Shown: positions 38,230 through 47,162, counted from the stretch's first letter. The stretch: DNA of 64,000 nt from an uncultured Acidimicrobiales bacterium (GCA_963697385.1 CAVONU010000006.1:279934-343933), one strand, 5' to 3'. Made by a program: numbers and translations. The notes: generated by a model not told the origin, from the letters alone.

Positions 38230-39438
38230 TCAGACCTTGACGTGTTCCTTCACGCCCATGAGGCGGGCCAGGTTGCCGCCCATGACCCGAGCCTTCTCGT
38301 CATCGGTGAAGTCGTCGAGCTCGTCGACGAAGGAGATCGGATCGGCCATGCCCTCGGGGTGGGGATAGTCGGAGCCGAAGATCACGTTGTCGATGCCGAT
38401 CAGGTCGGCCAGCCCTCGCGGGTCGTCCTCGTGGAACGGGTGGACGAAGACACAGCGCTTGAAGACCTCGACGGGGTCTTCGTCGAACGCCTTGGGGTTC
38501 AGAGCGAAGGCGTGCCCGATCGAGCTCATCAGAGGACGGACCCATCCGGAACCGTTCTCGACCAGCGCCATCCTGATGCCGGGGAATCGGCTGAGCATGC
38601 CGTGCCCGATGGCCGAGGCGACGGAGTCCATGATGGCCCGGGACGACCCACCGGTGATCGCCGCGAAGCCGGACGGGCCGGCGAAGGGCTTGAACTCACC
38701 GCCTCTGATGCCCTCCCATTCGTTGGTGTAGCGCTGGTAGCCGCTGTCGCTGGCGTGCATGCCGACGAGGATGCCCGCCTCCTCGACCCGAGCCCAGAAC
38801 GGGTCGAACTCGGGGAGGGCGAACGAACGGGGACCCTGGAATCCGTGGACCGGCGCGGGGCGGACCAGGATGACCCGGGCCCCCCGCTCGAGCACCCACT
38901 CCAGCTCGGCGATGGCCAGGTCGACGATCGGCAGGGTGATCACCGGGGTGGCGAAGATGCGGTCGTCGAAGTTGAAGGTCCACTGCTCGTGCATCCACTG
39001 GTTGAGCGCGTGCACGACGGCGTGGGTCGCCAGCGGATCGTCACGGAGGCGTTCCTCGACCAGGCTCGCGAGCGTGGGCCACATGAGGGCGCGGTCGATG
39101 CCGAGCTCGTCCATCAGCTCCAGCCGGGGTCCGGGCTCGCGGTACGCCGGCGGCGACTCGATCGCCTTGCCCATGATCTCGCGTCGCGACTTGCCCTCGG
39201 GATTGCCGACCCGGAAGTACTCCTCCTGCGCGCCCGGCGCCGCGACCTTGTTGAAGGTGGGGTTGGGGATGTAGTCGCTGATCTGGCCCTTGACCGTGAT
39301 CTTCGTCCGGCCCCTGACCTCGACGTAGTCGATGACGCCTGCGTACTCGTCGGGGAGGAACTTCGTGAGGGCATCCGTCGTCTCGTACATGTGGTTGTCG
39401 GCGTCGAAGACGGGGAACGCGAGGTCACGGGTCGGCAT
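38230..39438 (-). CDS. Amidohydrolase_2 family protein (paralog of 24164..25366)
   Basis: FDADNHMYE, IPNPTF, FGSDYPHPEG; -10 TACGCT 6 nt before the ATG. Confidence 0.9.
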   Translation of the reverse strand: MPTRDLAFPVFDADNHMYETTDALTKFLPDEYAGVIDYVEVRGRTKITVKGQISDYIPNPTFNKVAAPGAQEEYFRVGNPEGKSRREIMGKAIESPPAYREPGPRLELMDELGIDRALMWPTLASLVEERLRDDPLATHAVVHALNQWMHEQWTFNFDDRIFATPVITLPIVDLAIAELEWVLERGARVILVRPAPVHGFQGPRSFALPEFDPFWARVEEAGILVGMHASDSGYQRYTNEWEGIRGGEFKPFAGPSGFAAITGGSSRAIMDSVASAIGHGMLSRFPGIRMALVENGSGWVRPLMSSIGHAFALNPKAFDEDPVEVFKRCVFVHPFHEDDPRGLADLIGIDNVIFGSDYPHPEGMADPISFVDELDDFTDDEKARVMGGNLARLMGVKEHVKV

Positions 39439-39452
39439 CAGCCGAGCGTACA

Positions 39453-39466
39453 TGACGGCGCTGTTA
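39453..39466. promoter_or_regulatory. Putative operator TGAC-GGCGCT-GTTA
   Basis: Motif variant between the divergent amidohydrolase and ferredoxin genes. Confidence 0.7.
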
Positions 39467-39499
39467 GATCACAAGGGCTCCGTGCGGTAGAACGGGGAC

Positions 39500-39694
39500 A
39501 TGAGAATCCGACTGGACCGAGCGCTGTGTACCGGGCACGGGCGCTGCTACACCCTTGCTCCCCAGGTCTTCACCGCCGATGACGACGGGTACTGCGAGGA
39601 TCCCGTCGGTGAGGTCACGGCCCGGGAGGAAGCGGCGGCGCGCGTCGCCGTGGAGAGCTGCCCGGAAGGCGCCATCACCATCGTCGACGCGTGA
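39500..39694 (+). CDS. Ferredoxin, [3Fe-4S] P450-partner type
   Basis: CTGHGRC...CPEGAI (CxxHxxC...CP), 64 aa. Confidence 0.92.
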   Translation: MRIRLDRALCTGHGRCYTLAPQVFTADDDGYCEDPVGEVTAREEAAARVAVESCPEGAITIVDA

Positions 39695-39700
39695 TCGAGG

Positions 39701-40975
39701 TCAGACGTCCAGGCCGAACAGGCCCCGCCGCACGATGAACGCCGATGCTTCCAGCGCCTCGTCCTCGTCCAGGTGGCGGAGCACGAGCACGTTGTAGGGA
39801 ATCCGTTCGATCACGGCCAGCAACGCGATCGCGTCGACGGTCGCATCGCCGAACCCGCGTCGATGGATGATGCGGGTGAGACGATCGAAGGCGACCATGG
39901 CGACGTCGAGCGAGAACGCCACCAGCACCGGGTCCTCGTACTGGATCTCCTGCCAGGCGCTGATCACTCCACCGTTGTCCCGATAGGCCCGGAACCATCC
40001 GTCGAGCCAGGAACGAACCGCTTCCGCGTCTCCCTCGGGGGGGAAGGTGTCGATCAGCTCGACCATGCTGACCGCGGCCCGCTGGGCGAGCTCGTGGACC
40101 AGCTCGTCCTTGTTCGAGAAGTACCGGTAGAACGTGCCGTGCGAGACGCCGGCGGCCTGGACGATGTCGTCGACCCTGGTGTCGTTGTATCCCCGTCGGG
40201 GCAGCACCACCGTGCCCGCGTCGAGGAGGCTCTGGCGGGTCTTCTGTCCCCGGGGCCGCGACGCTCCATTGCGCGACACCTCCGGAAAGGTCGGCCATTG
40301 CGGGCGCCGGCGAGGTGGTGAGCCCATGGTCTCGGTGACGTTCACACCCTGGACCGCCCCGTGCAGCAGCCGGTGGGTCGTCCGGGCCATGCCGGTGACG
40401 AACCGGTCGCGCGGCAGTTGGCCCAGCCCGCGGTGCCAGTAGTGGATCGAGCGGAACAGCACACCGACGATCGTGTTGGTGAGCGCCGGGAGGCCCAGCT
40501 CGGGATGCGGCGGCACGGTGCTCTCGATGAGGGCGCTGCCGACTCTCCCCCCGATGGAGCGGAACGAGGTCCGCTCGGGCCGGCGTTCACGGGTGGCGGC
40601 CTGGAATCCCGAGAGGACGGGGTCGTACTCGTCCTGGAGGTCGATGAGGGCTTCGATCCAGCCGGTGAGTCGTTGGATGCCCGCGGCGTCCGCGGTGACG
40701 GCCCCGATCCCTTCGGCCAGCTCACCCATCTCGTTCGCAAGGTGTCCGGCCAGGGTCCAGAACAGGTCCTCCTTGCTCGGGAAGTACTGGTAGAAGGCCG
40801 GGCGGGAACACCCGGCGGCCGCCGTGATCAGCTCGACCCTGGTGCCGTGGTAGCCGTGCTCGGCGAACACGTCGAGTGCGACGCGGAGGATCCGCCGCTG
40901 CGTGTCGGCTCCCCGCCGTCCGACGGTCGGATTGTCGCCGAAGGGCGAGCGCCTGATGATCTTGGGCGAGCTCAC
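39701..40975 (-). CDS. Double-TetR transcriptional regulator (two HTH domains)
   Basis: GYHGTRVELITAAAGCSRPAFYQYFPSKEDL and GYNDTRVDDIVQAAGVSHGTFYRYFSNKDEL; -10 TACCGT 7 nt before GTG 40975 (40984 alternative). Confidence 0.9.
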   Translation of the reverse strand: MSSPKIIRRSPFGDNPTVGRRGADTQRRILRVALDVFAEHGYHGTRVELITAAAGCSRPAFYQYFPSKEDLFWTLAGHLANEMGELAEGIGAVTADAAGIQRLTGWIEALIDLQDEYDPVLSGFQAATRERRPERTSFRSIGGRVGSALIESTVPPHPELGLPALTNTIVGVLFRSIHYWHRGLGQLPRDRFVTGMARTTHRLLHGAVQGVNVTETMGSPPRRRPQWPTFPEVSRNGASRPRGQKTRQSLLDAGTVVLPRRGYNDTRVDDIVQAAGVSHGTFYRYFSNKDELVHELAQRAAVSMVELIDTFPPEGDAEAVRSWLDGWFRAYRDNGGVISAWQEIQYEDPVLVAFSLDVAMVAFDRLTRIIHRRGFGDATVDAIALLAVIERIPYNVLVLRHLDEDEALEASAFIVRRGLFGLDV

Positions 40976-41040
40976 GGACGTCACGGTACTGCGGCCTCGT
41001 TCCTCGCTCCGGCTTGCGTCGCGGGTGGCAGGGACTAATC

Positions 41041-41054
41041 TAACATCGCCGTCA
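41041..41054. promoter_or_regulatory. Putative operator TAAC-ATCGCC-GTCA
   Basis: Motif variant in the gap between the regulator and the amidohydrolase operon. Confidence 0.7.
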
Positions 41055-41080
41055 GATAGTGGCCCCCGGGAGGCTCCTCC

Positions 41081-42361
41081 GTGCAGATCGAAGATCTGAT
41101 CCTCGTCAGCGTCGACGACCACGTCGTCGAGCCTCCCGACATCTTCGAGGGTCGACTGTCCGGCCGGGCGGCCGACCGGGCACCGTATGTGACCCGTACC
41201 GACGAGGGTCGTGATCTGTGGATGTTCGAGGGCGCGGCGATGCCCAACGTCGGGCTCAACGCGGTCGCCGGTCGCGTCCCCGAGGAGTACGGGTTGGACG
41301 CCCTGGCCTTCGAGCACATGCGACCCGGCTGTTACGACATCCATGCTCGCATCGACGACATGAACGTCAACGGCGTGCTCGGCTCGCTCAACTTCCCCAG
41401 CCTGGCCGGCTTCACCGGGCAGCTCTTCTACACCTGCGAGGACAAGGCGATCGCCCTCGAGCTCCTCCAGGCCTACAACGACTGGCACGTCGATGAATGG
41501 TGCGGCACCTATCCGGGGCGCATGATCCCGTTGGCCGTCCCACCGATCTGGGACGCCGACCTCATGGCCGCAGAGGTGCGACGTATGGCCGACAAGGGCT
41601 GCCGTGCGGTGACCTTCTCCGAGAACCCCGAGAAGCTGGGCCGTCCCAGCTGGCACAGCGACTTCTGGGACCCGTTCCTCCAGGCGTGCTCCGACACCGG
41701 GACGGTCATCTGCCTGCACATCGGTTCGTCGTCGGAGACGGTCATCACCGCCATGGACGCCCCGATCGACACCATGATCTCGCTGCAGCCGATGAACATC
41801 GTCAAGTGCGCGGCCGACCTGGTGTGGTCACCGGTGCTCCGGAAGTTCCCCGACCTGCGCATCGCCCTGTCCGAGGGAGGAATCGGCTGGGTGCCCTACT
41901 TCCTGGAGCGGATCGACTACGTCTACAAACACCACCACCAGTGGACCAACCAGGATTTCGGCGACCAGCTGCCCAGCGAGGTGTTCAACCGGAACATCCT
42001 CACCTGCTTCATCGACGATGCGGTCGGCATGGAGGTCCGCGGCCACCTGAATCCCGACCACATCCACTGGGAGTGCGACTTCCCCCATTCCGACTCGACG
42101 TGGCCGTACGCGCCCGAGATGGCGATGAAGTACCTCGACGGCCTGGCGGACGACGAGATCGACGGGATCACGCATCTGAACGCCATGAGGAACTTCTCCT
42201 TCGACGCCTTCTCGCACATCCCGCGGGAACAGGCCACCGTCGGCGCACTCCGCGCCCAGGCCACCGATGTCGACACCGCCCCCGTCAGCTACGGCACCGG
42301 GAAGTTCCAGGACGAGGGCATCGTCACCGCGATGACCCTCGCCGAGCGCATGGCGAAGTAG
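41081..42361 (+). CDS. Amidohydrolase_2 family protein
   Basis: SVDDHVVEP, AYNDWHVDEW, CLHIG, SEGGIGW, WECDFPHSD. Confidence 0.9.
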   Translation: MQIEDLILVSVDDHVVEPPDIFEGRLSGRAADRAPYVTRTDEGRDLWMFEGAAMPNVGLNAVAGRVPEEYGLDALAFEHMRPGCYDIHARIDDMNVNGVLGSLNFPSLAGFTGQLFYTCEDKAIALELLQAYNDWHVDEWCGTYPGRMIPLAVPPIWDADLMAAEVRRMADKGCRAVTFSENPEKLGRPSWHSDFWDPFLQACSDTGTVICLHIGSSSETVITAMDAPIDTMISLQPMNIVKCAADLVWSPVLRKFPDLRIALSEGGIGWVPYFLERIDYVYKHHHQWTNQDFGDQLPSEVFNRNILTCFIDDAVGMEVRGHLNPDHIHWECDFPHSDSTWPYAPEMAMKYLDGLADDEIDGITHLNAMRNFSFDAFSHIPREQATVGALRAQATDVDTAPVSYGTGKFQDEGIVTAMTLAERMAK

Positions 42362-42380
42362 CCCGCTCCGTGACGACGAC

Positions 42381-42800
42381 ATGAGTGGTGAACCGTTCCG
42401 GGTTCGCCCGGCCCTCGACGAGTCCAACGAGTTCTTCTGGACCTCGGGCGCCGACGGTTCGCTCCGGTTCCTCCAGTGCGGGGCGTGCGGCTATTTCCTG
42501 CACCCGCCCGGACCGCGCTGCCCACAGTGTGGCGGGACCCACCTCGCCCCCCAGGCTGTCTCGGGGCGCGGCGAGATCTTCACGTACACCGTCAACCACC
42601 AGCCGTGGGACGGCAGCACCGAGCCGTATGTCATCGCCATCGTCGCGCTTGCGGAGCAGGACGGTCTCCGACTCACCACCAACATCGTCGGCTGCGACCT
42701 CGACGATGTCGCCATCGGGATGCCCGTCGAGGTGAGTTTCGAGGAGCGCGACGGCGTCTGGTGGCCCCTGTTCCGACCCGCCACCCCGAGTGCTCCATGA
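42381..42800 (+). CDS. DUF35 (Zn-ribbon + OB-fold) protein
   Basis: CGACG...CPQCG, SGRGEIFTYTV, IGMPVEVSF. Confidence 0.9.
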   Translation: MSGEPFRVRPALDESNEFFWTSGADGSLRFLQCGACGYFLHPPGPRCPQCGGTHLAPQAVSGRGEIFTYTVNHQPWDGSTEPYVIAIVALAEQDGLRLTTNIVGCDLDDVAIGMPVEVSFEERDGVWWPLFRPATPSAP

Positions 42801-43981
42801 CCGGTTTCGAGCATCGTTCCATCATCTCGGGGATCGGTCAATCGGCCATCGGCCGCCGGCTCCACCGCACCGGGCTCGACCTCACCGTCGAGGCCGCGCT
42901 CGAAGCGGTGGCCGACGCGGGCCTGACCCTTGCGGACATCGACGGACTCGCCACCTACCCGGGGGCCGGATCCCTGGCCGGATCCGACTTCACGGGTCCC
43001 GGGACGCCCGAGGTGCAGGATGCGCTGCGCCTGGAGGTCGGCTGGCACACCGGTGGCATCGAAGGAGCGGCGCAGCTGGCGGCCATCGTCAACGCGGTGA
43101 TGGCCGTCGGAGCCGGACTGGCCAACCACGTCCTCGTCTACCGCACCGTCACCGAAGCCACCGGCCAGGGCTCCGGAGGCCGTCAGGGGATCGGCACCGG
43201 TGGTGGCGGGATCGGTGGGTCGATGCAGTGGACCATCCCCTTCCGTGCCTACTCGGCGGCCAACTGGCTCGCGCTCTACGCCCGGCGGCACTTCCACGAG
43301 TTCGGGACCACCCGCGAGCAGCTGGGCATGATCCCCATCACGGCTCGCCGCAACGCCGGACTGAACCCGAAGGCGATCTATCGGGATCCCATGACCCTCG
43401 ACGACTACCTCTCGGCTCGGATGATCTCGACGCCCTTCGGTCTCTACGACTGCGACGCTCCCGTCGACGGATCCACCGCGGTGGTGGTGTCCCGGGCCGA
43501 CCACGCGCCCGACGTCGATCATCCCGTGGCCCGGGTCGAGGCCGTCGGCACCGCACTCCGGGGCCGCCCGTCCTGGGACCAGTGGGACGACCTGACCACG
43601 ATGCCGGCCCGCGACGCCGCCGCCCATCTCTGGTCCCGCACCGAGCTCACCCCCGCCGACGTCGACGTCGCCGAGCTCTACGACGGCTTCAGCTTCCTGA
43701 CCATGGCGTGGCTCGAGGCGTTCGGCTTCTGTGGACGGGGCGAGGGCGGCGCCTTCGTCGAGGGTGGTCGTCGCATCGCGCTCGACGGGGAGCTGCCCCT
43801 GAACACCAACGGCGGCCAGCTGTCAGGCGGCCGGCTCCACGGGTTCGGGTTCGTGCACGAAGCCTGCGTGCAGCTGCGCGGCGAGGGTGGCGCCCGCCAG
43901 GTCGACGGAGCCGAGGTCGTCGCCATCGGCAACGGTGGCGGACCCGTAGCCGGCGCCATGCTGCTGACCCGGCTTTCCTGA
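42797..43981 (+). CDS. Thiolase-fold protein lacking the nucleophilic Cys (Ltp2/aldolase-like)
   Basis: ELYDGFS, NTNGGQLS, LYDCD; no Cys at the usual nucleophile position. Confidence 0.85.
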   Translation: MTGFEHRSIISGIGQSAIGRRLHRTGLDLTVEAALEAVADAGLTLADIDGLATYPGAGSLAGSDFTGPGTPEVQDALRLEVGWHTGGIEGAAQLAAIVNAVMAVGAGLANHVLVYRTVTEATGQGSGGRQGIGTGGGGIGGSMQWTIPFRAYSAANWLALYARRHFHEFGTTREQLGMIPITARRNAGLNPKAIYRDPMTLDDYLSARMISTPFGLYDCDAPVDGSTAVVVSRADHAPDVDHPVARVEAVGTALRGRPSWDQWDDLTTMPARDAAAHLWSRTELTPADVDVAELYDGFSFLTMAWLEAFGFCGRGEGGAFVEGGRRIALDGELPLNTNGGQLSGGRLHGFGFVHEACVQLRGEGGARQVDGAEVVAIGNGGGPVAGAMLLTRLS

Positions 43982-43990
43982 GGAATCGCG

Positions 43991-45493
43991 ATGACGCTGT
44001 TGATGCTGCTGGAGATGATGGCCTCCGCCTTCGGTGATCGAATCGCCTTCGGCACCCGAGACGCCGGGCTCAGCTACGGCCGGCTCCACGACGGGGCCGG
44101 AGCGGGGGCGGCCTACCTGCGGTCGGTCGGCGCCGGCCACGTCGCGTTCATCGGCGAGAGCAGTGCAGCGTTGCCCATGGCGCTGTTCGCCGCGGCGTGG
44201 GCCGGGGTGCCACTCCTGCCCCTGAACTACCGGCTGAGCCGCCAGCAGTTGCGTTCGCTGGTCGATCGCCACGCCGACGTCGTGGTCGTGGCCGACCCGG
44301 ACGTGATCGGAGCCGTGGAGGGGCTGGGCAAGGTGCGGCTGTCGGTGGACGAGTGGATATCGATCTGCGGTGGCGTCGACGGTGACCCACCCGCGCCGAG
44401 CACCACGGACGGGGACGACGTTGCCGTGCTGCTGTACACCAGCGGCACCACGTCGGAGCCCAAGGCGGTCGTGCTGCGGCATCGCCATCTGACGTCCTAC
44501 GTCATCTCGTCGGTCGAGTTCGCCGGCGCCGACCCGGCGGACGCCGCCCTCGTCAGCGTGCCGCCCTACCACGTCGCCGGGGTCGCCACGATCCTGTCCA
44601 ACGTCTACGCCGGCCGGCGGGTCGTCTACCTCCCCTCCTTCACTCCCGGAGGATGGCTCGACGAGGTGCGTCGGGAGGGGGTCACCAATGCCATGGTGGT
44701 GCCGACGATGCTGGCCCGGATCGTCGAACACCTGGGGACGGCGGAGTCCTCTCGGACGCCGACGCTACGAACGCTCGCCTACGGCGGTGCTCGTACCCCG
44801 GGCGGTGTGATCGAGCAGGGGTTGCACCTCTTCGGCGCCGGCACGGACTTCGTGAACGCCTACGGCCTCACCGAGACCAGCTCCACGATCGCCGTGCTGG
44901 GACCCGACGACCACCGGGCGGCGATGGAAGGCGATCGGGCGCGGCTCGCGTCGGCCGGCCGACCGGTTCCCGGCGTCGAGGTGGCGGTCCGTGATGCCGC
45001 GGGCGTCGACCTGCCGGCGGGCGAGGTGGGCGAGATCTGGGTGCGCGGCGAGCAGGTGTCGGGTGAGTACCTCGGACAGGAGGCGTCGCTGGACGACGAC
45101 GGCTGGTTCCCCACCCGCGACCGCGGCCGGGTGGACGCCGATGGCTACCTGTTCGTCGAAGGCCGCTCCGACGACACGATCATCCGTGGTGGCGAGAACG
45201 TCGCCCCGGCGGAGATCGAAGACGTGCTGCAGGCGCATCCCGCCGTGCGAGATGTGGCGGTGGTCGGTCTCCCCGACGAGGAGTGGGGTGAGCGGATCGC
45301 CGCTGCGGTGGTGGTGCACGACGGTGTGGACCTGTCCGCCGAGGAGCTTCGGGCTTGGGCGCGGGAACGGCTGCGGTCGTCGAAGACCCCCGACACGATC
45401 CGGTTCTGCGATCGGATCCCCGTCACGGAGACGGGCAAGCTGCTCCGGCGGCTGGTGCGCCGTGACCTCATCGCCGCCGACGCAGGGGACTGA
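43991..45493 (+). CDS. Acyl-CoA ligase (AMP-binding enzyme)
   Basis: YTSGTTSEPK, YGLTET, TRDRG, RGGENVAPAEIE, TGKLLR. Confidence 0.92.
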   Translation: MTLLMLLEMMASAFGDRIAFGTRDAGLSYGRLHDGAGAGAAYLRSVGAGHVAFIGESSAALPMALFAAAWAGVPLLPLNYRLSRQQLRSLVDRHADVVVVADPDVIGAVEGLGKVRLSVDEWISICGGVDGDPPAPSTTDGDDVAVLLYTSGTTSEPKAVVLRHRHLTSYVISSVEFAGADPADAALVSVPPYHVAGVATILSNVYAGRRVVYLPSFTPGGWLDEVRREGVTNAMVVPTMLARIVEHLGTAESSRTPTLRTLAYGGARTPGGVIEQGLHLFGAGTDFVNAYGLTETSSTIAVLGPDDHRAAMEGDRARLASAGRPVPGVEVAVRDAAGVDLPAGEVGEIWVRGEQVSGEYLGQEASLDDDGWFPTRDRGRVDADGYLFVEGRSDDTIIRGGENVAPAEIEDVLQAHPAVRDVAVVGLPDEEWGERIAAAVVVHDGVDLSAEELRAWARERLRSSKTPDTIRFCDRIPVTETGKLLRRLVRRDLIAADAGD

Positions 45494-45502
45494 GGACGAC
45501 CG

Positions 45503-45811
45503 TCAGTCCGACGCGGGCAGGGGCTTGGCTCCCTTCACCCCCAGCGGCGCATCGCCCACGCTCAGACCGCAGGCGCCGCCCTGCGTGCACAGCAGCTCGA
45601 GGCCGAGGTCGTCGTCGGCGTAGCGCTTGCCCATCAGCGTGGGTTCGCTCTCGCCGGTGGGTTCGACACGCTCCTCGCCCGACCCGATCTCGCGCATCGG
45701 GTGACCGCCGCATCGGAGGTCGACGTCGGCGTGGTCCTTCGGCGCGCGGACCACGACCACCTGGGTGTCGCAGGTCGCACTCTCCATTCGGGTACCGACC
45801 GTGAGCTCCAT
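45503..45811 (-). CDS. Small Cys-containing hypothetical protein with internal duplication
   Basis: GGAGG RBS before ATG 45811; 102 aa; repeats GTRM...C...LRCGGHPM and GKRY...LC...LSVGDAPL. Confidence 0.75.
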   Translation of the reverse strand: MELTVGTRMESATCDTQVVVVRAPKDHADVDLRCGGHPMREIGSGEERVEPTGESEPTLMGKRYADDDLGLELLCTQGGACGLSVGDAPLGVKGAKPLPASD

Positions 45812-45854
45812 CGTTCCTCCGGGTGGTTGGGTCGTTCTCTCGAGCGGTTGCGAG

Positions 45855-47048
45855 TCAGGCGGCGACCGGGACGCGGGCCGGGCCCGCCACGTTGGACATG
45901 TGGACCCACTCGACCCCGTCGTGATCGACCGTCGCGGCGGGCCACCGATGATAGAACTCGTCGAAGGCGACGCGCGCCTCGAGCCGGGCCAGGTGGGCGC
46001 CGATGCAGTAGTGGATGCCGTGGCCGAACGAGATGCCCAGCGGACCCTGTCGTTCGATGTCGAAGCGTTCGGGGTGCTCGTAGGCACGCGGATCGTGGTT
46101 GGCGGCGCCGGTGATGATGAGCACGGGATTGCCGGCGGGGATGGTCGCGCCGCCGAAGTCGCGGTCGGCCAGCGAGAATCGCCCCTGGTACTGCGACGGG
46201 GCCCGGTAGCGCAGGATCTCCTCGACCGCGCCGGGCGTCTTCGACGGGTCGCCGAGCATCGCGGCCAGCTGTCGGGGGTGCTCGTCGAAGAGCAGCACCC
46301 CGTTGCCCACCAGCTTCGTCACCGTCTCACTGCCTGCCGCGGTCAGCAGGTTCAGGAACCCGGCGATCTCCTCGTCGCCGAGCCGGTCGACGGTGCCGTC
46401 CTCGCGCTCGATCTCGGCCTCGATGAGGTGGTCGATCATCTGGTCGCCACCGTGGGAACGTCGATCGGCCACCAGCTCGCGCATGAACACGGACGAGTCG
46501 ATGGCCGCCTGGATGCCTTCGGCCGACGGGAACGGATTGCCGACTTCGCGTTCGAGCATCGTGTCGGTCCAGTGCCGGATCTGCTGGCGGTCACCCTCGG
46601 GGACCCCGACGATCGCGCAGATCACCTCGACGGGGAACGGGCCGGCGAAGTCGCGCACGGCATCGAAGGACCCGGTCGCGGGCAGCGGATCGAGGAGGGT
46701 GGTGATGACATCGCGTACGACGGGTTCCCACTCGGCGATCCGGCGGGGTGTGAAGGCGCGGCTGACCAGCTTGCGCATGCGGTCGTGCATCGGCGGATCC
46801 ATCATGATCATCAGGTTGGCGGCGCCCGTGACGGCCTGGAAGTCCGGGCTGGTCAGCTGATCGATGGTGAGGCCGCGCGTGCTGGTGTAGGTGGCGACGT
46901 CCCGGTGCACCTCGAGGCAGTCGTCGTAGCGGGACACCGCCCAAAACCCCAGCCGCTCGTTGTGATACACGGGGGCTTCCTCGAGGAGCCAGCGGTACAC
47001 CGCTGAGGGGTTTTCGAAGTACTCGGCGCTGAACGGATCGAACTCGAT
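45855..47048 (-). CDS. Cytochrome P450 (start ambiguous: ATC 47048 behind a strong RBS, or GTG 47123)
   Basis: MDPPMHDRMR, AGSETV, EEILR, FGHGIHYCIG. Confidence 0.9.
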   Translation of the reverse strand: MEFDPFSAEYFENPSAVYRWLLEEAPVYHNERLGFWAVSRYDDCLEVHRDVATYTSTRGLTIDQLTSPDFQAVTGAANLMIMMDPPMHDRMRKLVSRAFTPRRIAEWEPVVRDVITTLLDPLPATGSFDAVRDFAGPFPVEVICAIVGVPEGDRQQIRHWTDTMLEREVGNPFPSAEGIQAAIDSSVFMRELVADRRSHGGDQMIDHLIEAEIEREDGTVDRLGDEEIAGFLNLLTAAGSETVTKLVGNGVLLFDEHPRQLAAMLGDPSKTPGAVEEILRYRAPSQYQGRFSLADRDFGGATIPAGNPVLIITGAANHDPRAYEHPERFDIERQGPLGISFGHGIHYCIGAHLARLEARVAFDEFYHRWPAATVDHDGVEWVHMSNVAGPARVPVAA

Positions 47049-47094
47049 GATGCGCCTCCCGGGTTCTGTGACGTCAGCGTCCAGCGTCGGTCGC

Positions 47095-47108
47095 TGACGT
47101 GACCGTTG
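47095..47108. promoter_or_regulatory. Near-match operator TGAC-GTGACC-GTTG (second near-match at 47069-47082)
   Basis: One mismatch to consensus; overlaps minus-strand TACAAC upstream of the P450. Confidence 0.45.
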
Positions 47109-47162
47109 TACCCGATGGTCCACACGGCGGCAATGGACCGCGACGGCGCCGAGTCATCCTGC

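Noticed and set aside
6604-45493. NRPS or other secondary-metabolite biosynthetic cluster
   Set aside because: The adenylating enzymes are stand-alone CoA-ligase types; no carrier, condensation or ketosynthase domains seen
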